37,874 nucleotides of DNA from the IMG/VR virus record IMGVR_UViG_3300030095_003206, positions 1-37,874 of that record, one strand, 5' to 3'. Position numbers and translations under genes: made by a program. This DNA comes from a virus (lineage: Duplodnaviria > Caudoviricetes). Below, one piece after another: positions 8,248 to 15,138 of this stretch. Every line of letters starts with the position of its first letter. Position 1 is the stretch's first letter. The notes under the pieces are model-generated. The model saw only the letters and a program-made list of their open reading frames with translations. It did no database searches and was not told where the DNA came from.

Positions 8248-8265
8248 ACTGAAAAGGAACTCAAA

Positions 8266-8385
8266 ATGCTAGACGCAATTATCGGAATCTTACTCGTTAC
8301 CGGCCCGGTTCTCTTACCTTGGCTGTTTATCAAATCCGTCGATTTGGTTTTTTTCGCTTTAGACGCATTAGAGCGGAAGGCTTAA
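8266..8385 (+). CDS. 39-aa hydrophobic (membrane) microprotein
   Basis: MLDAIIGILLVTGPVLLPWLFIKSVDLVFFALDALERKA; AAGGAA RBS; first gene after the promoter. Confidence 0.65.
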   Translation: MLDAIIGILLVTGPVLLPWLFIKSVDLVFFALDALERKA

Positions 8386-8389
8386 TTCA

Positions 8390-8518
8390 ATGTCTTTTTA
8401 CCGCTCAAAGTTTCGAACCGAAATTCACATTGCCGGATGGGTTTACAAATCCCGCCGGCGCTTACGTGCTGCGGGGAAACCCGTTTGCATCTTTTGGCAA
8501 TTGAAGCGTGGGGCTTAA
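8390..8518 (+). CDS. 42-aa basic hypothetical microprotein
   Basis: MSFYRSKFRTEIHIAGWVYKSRRRLRAAGKPVCIFWQLKRGA; tiles with 4-nt gaps on both sides. Confidence 0.5.
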   Translation: MSFYRSKFRTEIHIAGWVYKSRRRLRAAGKPVCIFWQLKRGA

Positions 8519-8522
8519 TCCA

Positions 8523-8624
8523 ATGGATATCTATACCACTATTTACATGGTTTTCCTGTTTTTCGCCCTTTGGGGCGTTTTCGGCGCCATCTGCTATTTC
8601 GGAATTAAGGCGTCGCTAACATGA
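8523..8624 (+). CDS. 33-aa single-TM microprotein
   Basis: MDIYTTIYMVFLFFALWGVFGAICYFGIKASLT; ATGA overlap with the next gene. Confidence 0.6.
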   Translation: MDIYTTIYMVFLFFALWGVFGAICYFGIKASLT

Positions 8625-9016
8625 AAATCAATCAGCACAAAATCACGCCGGGCGATACGGTTCGCGTTCATCGCAATCTGAACACCGGCGCTTGGGCAAT
8701 TAGCGTCAAAATCCCTGGAAAGGGATGGCGCGTTGCCAACAATCAAATCAGCGAATGCTCTATTGCGGACGCGACGCCTATTACAAGCGAAAAGGGCGCT
8801 GTTCGCATTCAGTCTAAAGGGCACCGTGAGGTAATAGCCAAAATTGAGGGCGTATTCCTAGGCTTGCATTGTGAGCCTATCAGCGACGCCGCGACGGTTC
8901 ACTATAACCCGTTCAAATCGTCTGATTTCCATTGGAACAACGGCGACGTTTTCACGGGCGCCGGCATTGTTAGCTTCCACAAAGGCGCATTCCACGCCGT
9001 AGCAGAGAGGGTCTAA
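8621..9016 (+). CDS. Conserved phage hypothetical protein (VRVHRNLN...YNPFK type)
   Basis: 131 aa; motif pattern I recognise from phage early regions; function unknown. Confidence 0.75.
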   Translation: MKINQHKITPGDTVRVHRNLNTGAWAISVKIPGKGWRVANNQISECSIADATPITSEKGAVRIQSKGHREVIAKIEGVFLGLHCEPISDAATVHYNPFKSSDFHWNNGDVFTGAGIVSFHKGAFHAVAERV

Positions 9017-9018
9017 TC

Positions 9019-9177
9019 ATGTTTAAGACCAACGCCGAATTACGCCGATTCCTAATGTTGCAGCAGAAAAGCTATCCCGATTGCCCGGAGCGCGTTTGGG
9101 ATAGGTATTCAATTTATGTGCATTGCGTCGGGTTCGATGAATACCCGAAAACCCTGCACGATTGGTTAGGGGATTGA
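9019..9177 (+). CDS. 52-aa hypothetical protein
   Basis: MFKTNAELRRFLMLQQKSYPDCPERVWDRYSIYVHCVGFDEYPKTLHDWLGD; GAGGG RBS; fills the gap exactly. Confidence 0.65.
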   Translation: MFKTNAELRRFLMLQQKSYPDCPERVWDRYSIYVHCVGFDEYPKTLHDWLGD

Positions 9178-9179
9178 TC

Positions 9180-9611
9180 ATGTTTAAAACGAACGCGGAT
9201 TCAGAAAAACGAATATTGCCCGCGGGCGCCTATCTAATCGGCGACCCTTGTTACTTTCTGCAGAACGGCGATTTCTGGAAATCCCTTTTCAAAACGTGCC
9301 CGTTTTTTATGAGCGACCATATCGAGGGCGTTCACACCATCGTTGATTACGCCGGCACGGCTCACGAATGCGCTTTGTTCGGAACCGGCGGCGACGGCGG
9401 ATTCGAAGATTTAGAGGGCGATTTTACATATGGCGTTGATAGCGGTTCGCTTGGCGCGTTCCCCGTGCAATTCATTATGCCGCCGTCCGATCTTACCATC
9501 GGCATGGGCTTACGTTGGTGTAATCAGGTCTATTTTGACAAGCCGTTCCACGTTGGCCACGGGCCGGGCGTGATCACTTTCGGAGGTATCCATATCCCCG
9601 TCTATACCTAG
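9180..9611 (+). CDS. Conserved phage hypothetical protein (PAG.Y.IGDPCY...GDG...VDSG.LG type)
   Basis: ATG 9180 (MFKTNADSEK...) with AGGGG RBS. Confidence 0.75.
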   Translation: MFKTNADSEKRILPAGAYLIGDPCYFLQNGDFWKSLFKTCPFFMSDHIEGVHTIVDYAGTAHECALFGTGGDGGFEDLEGDFTYGVDSGSLGAFPVQFIMPPSDLTIGMGLRWCNQVYFDKPFHVGHGPGVITFGGIHIPVYT

Positions 9612-9700
9612 GACGCTGGCGCAAACGCCCTAGACGGCTAATCGCGAAACTAAATCGCCCTTCAAGGTCCGGCGCATTGCGTGGCGGACCTTTTCGGGTG

Positions 9701-9716
9701 GGGCAATTGTGCCCGC
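9701..9716 (+). repeat. GGGCRATTKTGCCY hairpin repeat, copy 2
   Basis: GGGCAATTGTGCCCGC before the AGGAA RBS; preceded by a long AAGGTCCG/CGGACCTT stem. Confidence 0.85.
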
Positions 9717-9734
9717 TGAAATAGGAATAAAAAA

Positions 9735-9977
9735 ATGGATAAGTTCCCTATCACGCCAGAACTTGAAATAGAACTTATAGAAGCCGGCGCGTTGGATTCT
9801 ACCGGGTATATTTTGCGCCCGAAACTACGCGCCGTATTTGACCGAATCGTTGACAACGGAAGTTGTTGGTCCCTTTTCCCTATAAGAAGGGCACAACACT
9901 TCATTCTAATGCTGCATAGGATGGCCAAGAAATCCGGCGTATCTTTTGACGAATACTGCGAAAAACTAAACTACTAA
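9735..9977 (+). CDS. Hypothetical protein
   Basis: 80-aa ORF with AGGAA RBS. Confidence 0.7.
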   Translation: MDKFPITPELEIELIEAGALDSTGYILRPKLRAVFDRIVDNGSCWSLFPIRRAQHFILMLHRMAKKSGVSFDEYCEKLNY

Positions 9978-9988
9978 CATTAACACCA

Positions 9989-10004
9989 GGGCAATTGTGC
10001 CCGC
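9989..10004 (+). repeat. GGGCRATTKTGCCY hairpin repeat, copy 3
   Basis: GGGCAATTGTGCCCGC, 16/16 identical to copy 2, before the GGAGA RBS. Confidence 0.85.
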
Positions 10005-10027
10005 AAACTCTAGACGGAGAAAATATC

Positions 10028-10762
10028 GTGAATTTTTATTTGAACCCCAAATCCAAAAACAAGAAAACCGGCCAAATGCCCGTATCAACAAGTGATCGCG
10101 GCACATGTCCCGACGCTTGCCCATTCAAGAATAACGGATGCTACGCCGAAGGCTATCCGTTAAAAGGCCGCTGGGATGAAGTAACATCCGGCAAACGTGG
10201 CGGTTTGTTTTCCGATTTCGTTAACCAGGTCGCCGCATTGCCCGCTAATATTTTATGGCGCCATAACCAGGCCGGCGATTTGCCCGGCGATGGCAAAAAC
10301 ATAGATCGCGGCGGGCTTTTGGCGCTTGCTGGCGCGAACGCCGGAAAGCGTGGTTTTACCTTTTCCCATTACGACGTGGAATCGAACAAACATAATCGCG
10401 CTGCGATAGCGACGGCGAACGCCAAGGGGTTCACAATCAATCTATCGGCGAACAATCTAGATCACGCCGATAAGTTAACGGACCTTGGAATTGGGCCGGT
10501 CGCCACGGTGTTACCTATTCAATATGAGCGCCAAAGCAAAAAGGGCGTTTGGTTGGAAACGATAAACGAATATCGCGAACGCCTTAAAACATTGCCGGAA
10601 ACAACGCCCAATCAAAAAAGGTTCGCCGTATGCCCGGCGACCTATCGCGACGATGTTACTTGCAAAACGTGCGGGCTTTGCCAAAAGCAATCGCGCCGCG
10701 TTATTGTCGGTTTTCCGGCCCATGGTAACAGCAAGCGCAAAGCTAGCGCCGTGGCCGCATAA
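10028..10762 (+). CDS. Cys-rich phage protein, GP88/DUF7227-like (possible Fe-S or Zn enzyme)
   Basis: GTG start after GGAGA; NKKTG..PVS, TCPDACPF...GCYA, WRHNQAGD, INLSAN, VCPA...TCKTCGLC and VGFPAHG motifs. Confidence 0.75.
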   Translation: MNFYLNPKSKNKKTGQMPVSTSDRGTCPDACPFKNNGCYAEGYPLKGRWDEVTSGKRGGLFSDFVNQVAALPANILWRHNQAGDLPGDGKNIDRGGLLALAGANAGKRGFTFSHYDVESNKHNRAAIATANAKGFTINLSANNLDHADKLTDLGIGPVATVLPIQYERQSKKGVWLETINEYRERLKTLPETTPNQKRFAVCPATYRDDVTCKTCGLCQKQSRRVIVGFPAHGNSKRKASAVAA

Positions 10763-10831
10763 ACGCGCTACAAGCGCGATGTATCGCCATTGCCGGGATT
10801 CCCTAGGGATTGCCCGGCTTTGGCCGTTAGA

Positions 10832-10845
10832 GGGCGATTTTGCCC
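10832..10845 (+). repeat. GGGCRATTKTGCCY hairpin repeat, copy 4
   Basis: GGGCGATTTTGCCC before the AAAGGT RBS; preceded by a long GCCGGG/CCCGGC stem. Confidence 0.75.
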
Positions 10846-10862
10846 ATATGAAAGGTAACGAA

Positions 10863-11111
10863 ATGAAAACGCCACAAATCACGCCACCATGGTCAACGGG
10901 TATCTATATCGGAAACGGTGTAGTTGCCGAACCGAAACCTAAGAAAATCCGTTTGGAATGCGCCGATTGCGGCGACAATTTAATTTCAATGGATGCATCG
11001 CCCTATTGGGATGTTGACACCCAGCAATGGGAAATCGGCGAAATTCGTACCGATGAAATATACTGCACTCAATGCGGTAGCGAAAGCATTGACGAAATGG
11101 AAATGGAATGA
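10863..11111 (+). CDS. Zinc-ribbon hypothetical protein
   Basis: CADCG...CTQCGS pairs; ATG 10863 with AAAGGT RBS. Confidence 0.72.
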   Translation: MKTPQITPPWSTGIYIGNGVVAEPKPKKIRLECADCGDNLISMDASPYWDVDTQQWEIGEIRTDEIYCTQCGSESIDEMEME

Positions 11112-11308
11112 CGCCCGACGAATTGAAACGCATTCGCCGCGCCCTAGGCTTATCGGTCTACGGCTTGGCGGATGCTTTATCCGAACCCGGCCATAAGCCT
11201 GTAAACCCGCGAACGGTGCGCCGGTGGGAAGATGGAACCCAGGATATACAAAGCCCGGTCGCCGTCGCCTTGCGCCTAATTTTGGCTGAGAAAAACCGTC
11301 AAAATTGA
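11108..11308 (+). CDS. XRE/Cro-family helix-turn-helix protein
   Basis: MTPDELKRIRRALGLS...LADAL...VNPRTVRRWEDG...I. Confidence 0.88.
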   Translation: MTPDELKRIRRALGLSVYGLADALSEPGHKPVNPRTVRRWEDGTQDIQSPVAVALRLILAEKNRQN

Positions 11309-11319
11309 CCGAATTGGGG

Positions 11320-11730
11320 CTAGTGGGCTAATCGCCGCTCACTAGTTTCATCGGCTGGCGTTTCGTTTTCCCAACCTATGATCATGGGGCCGGAATGTTT
11401 CACTTCGGATTTTTGGATCGGCTGGAAATCTTTAAGCAGTTTTTCGGCTTCCCAGCGACTATGTGCAAGGCACTCTTTTGCCCGCAAAATATCGTCACGG
11501 CTAATCGCCGCCTCGAGCGCCAGCTTGTCGGCTTCCAGGCGGGCAAGTATGCCGTCGCGCCTAGCCTCGTTCACCATTTCGCGCAGTTCAGGATCGTTCC
11601 GCTTCCATATGCGGACGTTGGTGGGATGCACGTCCAGTTCCGCACACAATTCGTTTTCGTACCGGCCAGCCTCAAGGCCTAGCAACAAAGCATCGATCAA
11701 TTTCTGGTTACGTTTCGTTGGTCGGCCCAT
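11320..11730 (-). CDS. terS: Terminase small subunit (probable)
   Basis: ATG 11730 (AAAGGT RBS): MGRPTKR, HTH-like LCAELDVHPTNVRIW...DPELR...AR, RWEAEKL and EVKHSGP..IGW. Confidence 0.78.
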   Translation of the reverse strand: MGRPTKRNQKLIDALLLGLEAGRYENELCAELDVHPTNVRIWKRNDPELREMVNEARRDGILARLEADKLALEAAISRDDILRAKECLAHSRWEAEKLLKDFQPIQKSEVKHSGPMIIGWENETPADETSERRLAH

Positions 11731-11754
11731 CGCCTGGCACCTTTCAAAACGGGA

Positions 11755-11780
11755 CGTGGCCGGGTTTGACGCCGGCCACG
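11755..11780 (-). terminator. GC-rich hairpin (terminator/attenuator-like) upstream of terS
   Basis: 9-bp stem CGTGGCCGG/CCGGCCACG followed on the minus strand by TCCCGTTTT (imperfect U tract). Confidence 0.4.
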
Positions 11781-11825
11781 CAAGAGTCTCAAAACAAGTC
11801 AGGCGGGACAATCCCACCTTGTCGA

Positions 11826-11854
11826 ACTTTACCCAATCAGGAATCGCCTGTAAA
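11826..11854 (-). promoter_or_regulatory. Candidate late promoter (pR'-like)
   Basis: Minus strand TTTACA - 17 bp - TAAAGT right after the DUF6456-like gene and before two hairpins and terS. Confidence 0.5.
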
Positions 11855-11874
11855 CTAGGGCATTTCATTGACAA

Positions 11875-12351
11875 CTACATTTTATAGTAGTTTTTTAGCC
11901 CATCTAGCACCAAACGTAGTGTTTCGATGGACGATTTGCCGTTTTTCCAGGTGCTAATCGGGTTAGAATTGCCCAGGCAATGCTCCGCCAGATCGGACAG
12001 TGGATAGCCTATGTGGCGCATCGCCTGGCGGATTTCCGACTTAGCGCGCTCCACACTTTCCAGCATTTCAATGTTTGGCGTCGCCGGTATGTGACCAAAT
12101 CGAACTGTGGCGTAAACTTCTGCCAGCATAGCGCGTCGGAATATTTCGGCGAATCGCTGACCGGCTGCGTATTGAGCCGCATCAATTAACTCACGCTTTC
12201 GCAGGGTTTCGATGGGATCAACGGTGGTGTTGCGCGCACGTTTGACGCCAGCAACCATGGTTTCCTCAAGCACAAACACCCCGTGTTGCTTGGCCTCTGG
12301 CGTTCCCAGGTCGCTATGTGGCGCTTTCAGTTTGCGTTTTCTCCGAACCAT
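11875..12351 (-). CDS. DUF6456-like putative late transcription regulator (antiterminator Q position)
   Basis: DPIETL...IDAAQYAAGQRF...RRA and LRLVLDGL..YY patterns; last gene of the replication arm before terS. Confidence 0.6.
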   Translation of the reverse strand: MVRRKRKLKAPHSDLGTPEAKQHGVFVLEETMVAGVKRARNTTVDPIETLRKRELIDAAQYAAGQRFAEIFRRAMLAEVYATVRFGHIPATPNIEMLESVERAKSEIRQAMRHIGYPLSDLAEHCLGNSNPISTWKNGKSSIETLRLVLDGLKNYYKM

Positions 12352-12686
12352 TAAAACGGTATATCGTCTTCAAGTTCGTCGGCCATATTATCGGGCTTGC
12401 CCGGCGGTAGTTGGCTCATCGCTAGGTCTTTTGTGACCTTCCAGGCTTTCACGTCGGTGTACCATCGGGCGTTGTATTCACGGCTCTCCAGGTCAAATGA
12501 CACATCTGCAAAATCGCCTTCTCGCATCGACCATTCATCGATCTTGTCATTCCAAACGATAAAGCAAACCTTCTTCGGATACTGGCCTTCCGTTTCCAAA
12601 ACGTATTCTTGCTTTCGCCACGGCCCCTTGGCCGATTCGCCAGACTGCTCGTCCATCACCTGGATGATTTTGCCTTTAATATTCAT
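12351..12686 (-). CDS. DUF3127-family OB-fold single-stranded DNA-binding-like protein
   Basis: IKGKIIQV...WRKQEYVLETEGQYPKKVCF...SREYNARWYTDVKAWKV, with acidic C-terminal EDDIPF tail. Confidence 0.85.
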   Translation of the reverse strand: MNIKGKIIQVMDEQSGESAKGPWRKQEYVLETEGQYPKKVCFIVWNDKIDEWSMREGDFADVSFDLESREYNARWYTDVKAWKVTKDLAMSQLPPGKPDNMADELEDDIPF

Positions 12687-13210
12687 GGTTTAAATCCTTT
12701 TACAGCTTGGTTAATTACGGATCGTGTTCGGTTAGGCGTCAGCTTCTTTTCCAGCGCATCGCGCATTTTTGCCCGCCGATTGCGCCAATCAATTTCTTCC
12801 TTTAGTTCGTGCCAGGACGGCCACCACATGGACTGATCCGGCCATTTTGTCAGAACCTCATGCACAATGTCGGCTGGGTATTGCTCTAATCGCGAACCGT
12901 AAGCCTCAACGGCCAAGTCTAGCGTAATCTGGTCATCCTTCTTGCGCTTGGTCAGGCTGAATACTTCTGCGATTAGCATGCCCAACGCCTTTGCCGGCAT
13001 CGGCTGGCTGGCGGCGTCAATGGCTGCAATTGCGGCCGTAAGGTCATCAACGGGGCAGGGGCCATCAATCGTGTAGGCGACGATGTTGTAGTCACGGTCA
13101 ACCACCGCGTCGAGCGACGAAGCCACCGACGGCGGCAGCAATGCTTCCAGATGGGCTTCCACTGCCACCGTGGATTGCAATTGGCGTTGGATTAATTGCT
13201 GTTGTGTCAT
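12683..13210 (-). CDS. Putative replication accessory protein / helicase loader
   Basis: LEQYPADIV....KW.....WWPSWHEL motif; immediately downstream of the initiator. Confidence 0.55.
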   Translation of the reverse strand: MTQQQLIQRQLQSTVAVEAHLEALLPPSVASSLDAVVDRDYNIVAYTIDGPCPVDDLTAAIAAIDAASQPMPAKALGMLIAEVFSLTKRKKDDQITLDLAVEAYGSRLEQYPADIVHEVLTKWPDQSMWWPSWHELKEEIDWRNRRAKMRDALEKKLTPNRTRSVINQAVKGFKP

Positions 13211-13829
13211 CAGACCATCGCTCCTGGTTTAACCATGTGCTTGGATAAGGAATGTAATTTTTGTCCTGGCCGCTTGCCGCCGCGATGAATCGATCACGGC
13301 CCTGGCAGAGGGTTTCAAAATCGGTTTTTTTAAGGGCTGCTTTGAACGCTTTTCGTGCGCCACCTTTGCCAACTTTTCGGGGCCAGGTTTCATACCATTG
13401 CTCAAACAGATTATCTGCTTTGAGCGAAGGAGTTACGTTAGTAACTCCTATACTTGTAGGTGTAGGTATAGGGGCATTGCGTTCGCATACCTGTTTTTCC
13501 TTTTGCCATCGGGACTTAGCGGAAGCGCTATTCTTTCTCGCTTTTTTTCTCACGTACTCATATTCTTCTTTAAGACGCTTTTGTGTGATGTGATTTCCGG
13601 TGGAAATAAAGAACTCATCCAGCAGATTTTTGACCAGGTTTTCCATCTGATCATCGGTGGCCCGCAAGCGCCTTTTTACCCACTCCAAATCGTTCGGAAT
13701 TTTGCAGTCTGGCGACCGCCAGATCGTCATCAAAAGCATCAGATATAGACCATGTTCCTCATGCGTCAGGTGCAACGTGTCGGCCATATAGGCATCGGTC
13801 CACAAAGGTAGGTGAGGGAACTTAGCCAT
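13098..13829 (-). CDS. DUF1376 (YdaU-like) replication initiator protein
   Basis: PLWTDAYMADTLHLTHEEHGLYLMLL...W, QKRL..E and C-terminal FEQWYETWPRKVGKGGARKAF...YPSTWLNQERW. Confidence 0.85.
   Translation of the reverse strand: MAKFPHLPLWTDAYMADTLHLTHEEHGLYLMLLMTIWRSPDCKIPNDLEWVKRRLRATDDQMENLVKNLLDEFFISTGNHITQKRLKEEYEYVRKKARKNSASAKSRWQKEKQVCERNAPIPTPTSIGVTNVTPSLKADNLFEQWYETWPRKVGKGGARKAFKAALKKTDFETLCQGRDRFIAAASGQDKNYIPYPSTWLNQERWSDDTTAINPTPIAIHGGSGSPSGSIAAAVGGFVARRGG
13400..13483. other. Candidate replication origin inside the initiator gene
   Basis: Perfect 9-bp inverted repeat AGGAGTTAC-GTTA-GTAACTCCT (13428-13449), a second hairpin at 13400-13425 and TRTAGG x3 (13455-13472), all in the interdomain linker. 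Confidence 0.45.
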
Positions 13830-14268
13830 TGTTTAGTTCCCCTTGCGGCACGAAGTAGGCCGGGCGCCCACCCACCGGGTCTTTCCACCATTTCTGCTGC
13901 TTGCCTTCGGCGCCCAAAATATTCCCGCGCACCTGGTATCGGCCATTTGCTCCGGTCAACAACCAAAATACCCGGTCATCTGGGTCATCTGGGTGCAGAA
14001 TTAACCTGTTATTAGCGCCGGCAGTTGTGCGAACGTCACAGTCACCAACGTCTGGGCCTCGAATAACGCCTGTACCGCCGATGTAAACGTCCAGGTGCTT
14101 GGCCAGGGCCATTTCGCCCAACGCGCCTTCAATATCCATTTGCCAGCCGTTGTTTGCAGAAGCGCCATAGCGATGCTTGCGACCAGCTTTGAGGTTCTGA
14201 ACCTGGCGCATCACGCCAATCATCGCGCCTTGCAACATTTCTGCGTATGACAGCCTAACTTCAGTCAT
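13822..14268 (-). CDS. Hypothetical protein, possible PD-(D/E)XK-like nuclease fold
   Basis: GALGEMALAKHL...PDVGDCDVRTT...RLIL; ATG 14268. Confidence 0.6.
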   Translation of the reverse strand: MTEVRLSYAEMLQGAMIGVMRQVQNLKAGRKHRYGASANNGWQMDIEGALGEMALAKHLDVYIGGTGVIRGPDVGDCDVRTTAGANNRLILHPDDPDDRVFWLLTGANGRYQVRGNILGAEGKQQKWWKDPVGGRPAYFVPQGELNNG

Positions 14269-14389
14269 CTTCATCCTCATCAGGCACCTCGCCTAAGCCG
14301 TTATAGCAATATGGACAGGGTTCCATCGACGGCCCCCACCAACCCTTGCGCTCGACATAACCATCGCCTTCGCAATGCGGACAAATCAT
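14261..14389 (-). CDS. 42-aa DnaJ-type zinc-finger microprotein
   Basis: MICPHCEGDGYVERKGWWGPSMEPCPYCYNGLGEVPDEDEDD; ATGA-coupled to the upstream gene. Confidence 0.72.
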   Translation of the reverse strand: MICPHCEGDGYVERKGWWGPSMEPCPYCYNGLGEVPDEDEDD

Positions 14390-14583
14390 GCCCGCGCCGC
14401 CTGGTATTCCATTTCCGCCAGCCGGGCGCACCGTGGACAAGCATCGGCGCCGCCCAGGACGACAGTTTCTTGCACGTAGTAGTTCTCAACCACGCCACGG
14501 CTTTGCATAGATCGCGTAAATTCCACGGTTTTTGTATGGATAGGCCGCACGATTTCACCCCTGCCCTTGCAAATGTGACACAC
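14386..14583 (-). CDS. Small zinc-finger protein
   Basis: CHICKGRG...ACPRC. Confidence 0.68.
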   Translation of the reverse strand: MCHICKGRGEIVRPIHTKTVEFTRSMQSRGVVENYYVQETVVLGGADACPRCARLAEMEYQAARA

Positions 14584-14903
14584 TAAGAAACCTCTTGGAT
14601 CGTGACGCCAGGGTACAGGGCTTCGACCAACTTCTTTTTGAGCCGATACACGGGCGTTTTCATGCCCTTAACGTCTTCAACAACGGACCCGTTGGCGTCG
14701 AAATAACGGAAGTCAGCCTTGTAAGTGCAAATCTTGTGGCCGTTCACCATGCAGTCATACTTTGGCTGCAATTCCAGGTGCGAAATTTCGCCAGCACGTT
14801 CCAGCAAGACAAGTTCCATGTACCGTGCGGCCTCGCGCTTGCTATCAAACGTGATGCCATCGACTTGCGTCTTGACGGCCCTGTATTTGTTCCTAAAGGC
14901 CAT
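14583..14903 (-). CDS. DUF1064-family putative endonuclease
   Basis: NKYRAVKT.VDGITFDSKREA.RY.EL...LQPKY...YKADFRY...VEDVKG.KTPVYRLKKKL. Confidence 0.92.
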   Translation of the reverse strand: MAFRNKYRAVKTQVDGITFDSKREAARYMELVLLERAGEISHLELQPKYDCMVNGHKICTYKADFRYFDANGSVVEDVKGMKTPVYRLKKKLVEALYPGVTIQEVS

Positions 14904-15084
14904 CTTTATTTTCCGGCATGTGACCCTGCAAGTTCACCACGTTGCCCCTCTCCGCGCCAAATTGGGCATCCAGGGCACGTTCAATGATCATAGTCATGGT
15001 CATACCCCTGCGCTCCGATTCCTCTCGCAAGGTATCCATCAGGTCGGCCCGCAATCGGATGTAGAAAGGCGTCTTAGTTTTCAT
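14893..15084 (-). CDS. Ribbon-helix-helix (Arc/CopG-like) regulator
   Basis: PFYIRL strand followed by two helices (DLMDTLREESERRG, MTMIIERAL); first gene of the divergent arm. Confidence 0.75.
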   Translation of the reverse strand: MKTKTPFYIRLRADLMDTLREESERRGMTMTMIIERALDAQFGAERGNVVNLQGHMPENKDGL

Positions 15085-15109
15085 GCGTCAAACTTTTTTG
15101 ATTTAAAAC

Positions 15110-15138
15110 TTGACACCCTTATAGCACGTCCGTATATA
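15110..15138 (+). promoter_or_regulatory. Sigma70-type promoter of the recombination arm
   Basis: TTGACA (15110-15115) - 17 bp - TATATA (15133-15138). Confidence 0.8.

Noticed and set aside
8234-10845. Repeats as a CRISPR or mini-array
   Set aside because: They are 14-16 nt, separated by whole genes at irregular distances, and there are no cas genes
11014-11022. Third TTGACACCC resembling the twin promoters
   Set aside because: Inside a CDS and no -10 element at 16-18 bp
7980-11320. Early cassette as a recombinase-invertible segment
   Set aside because: No inverted repeats found at its two boundaries by eye
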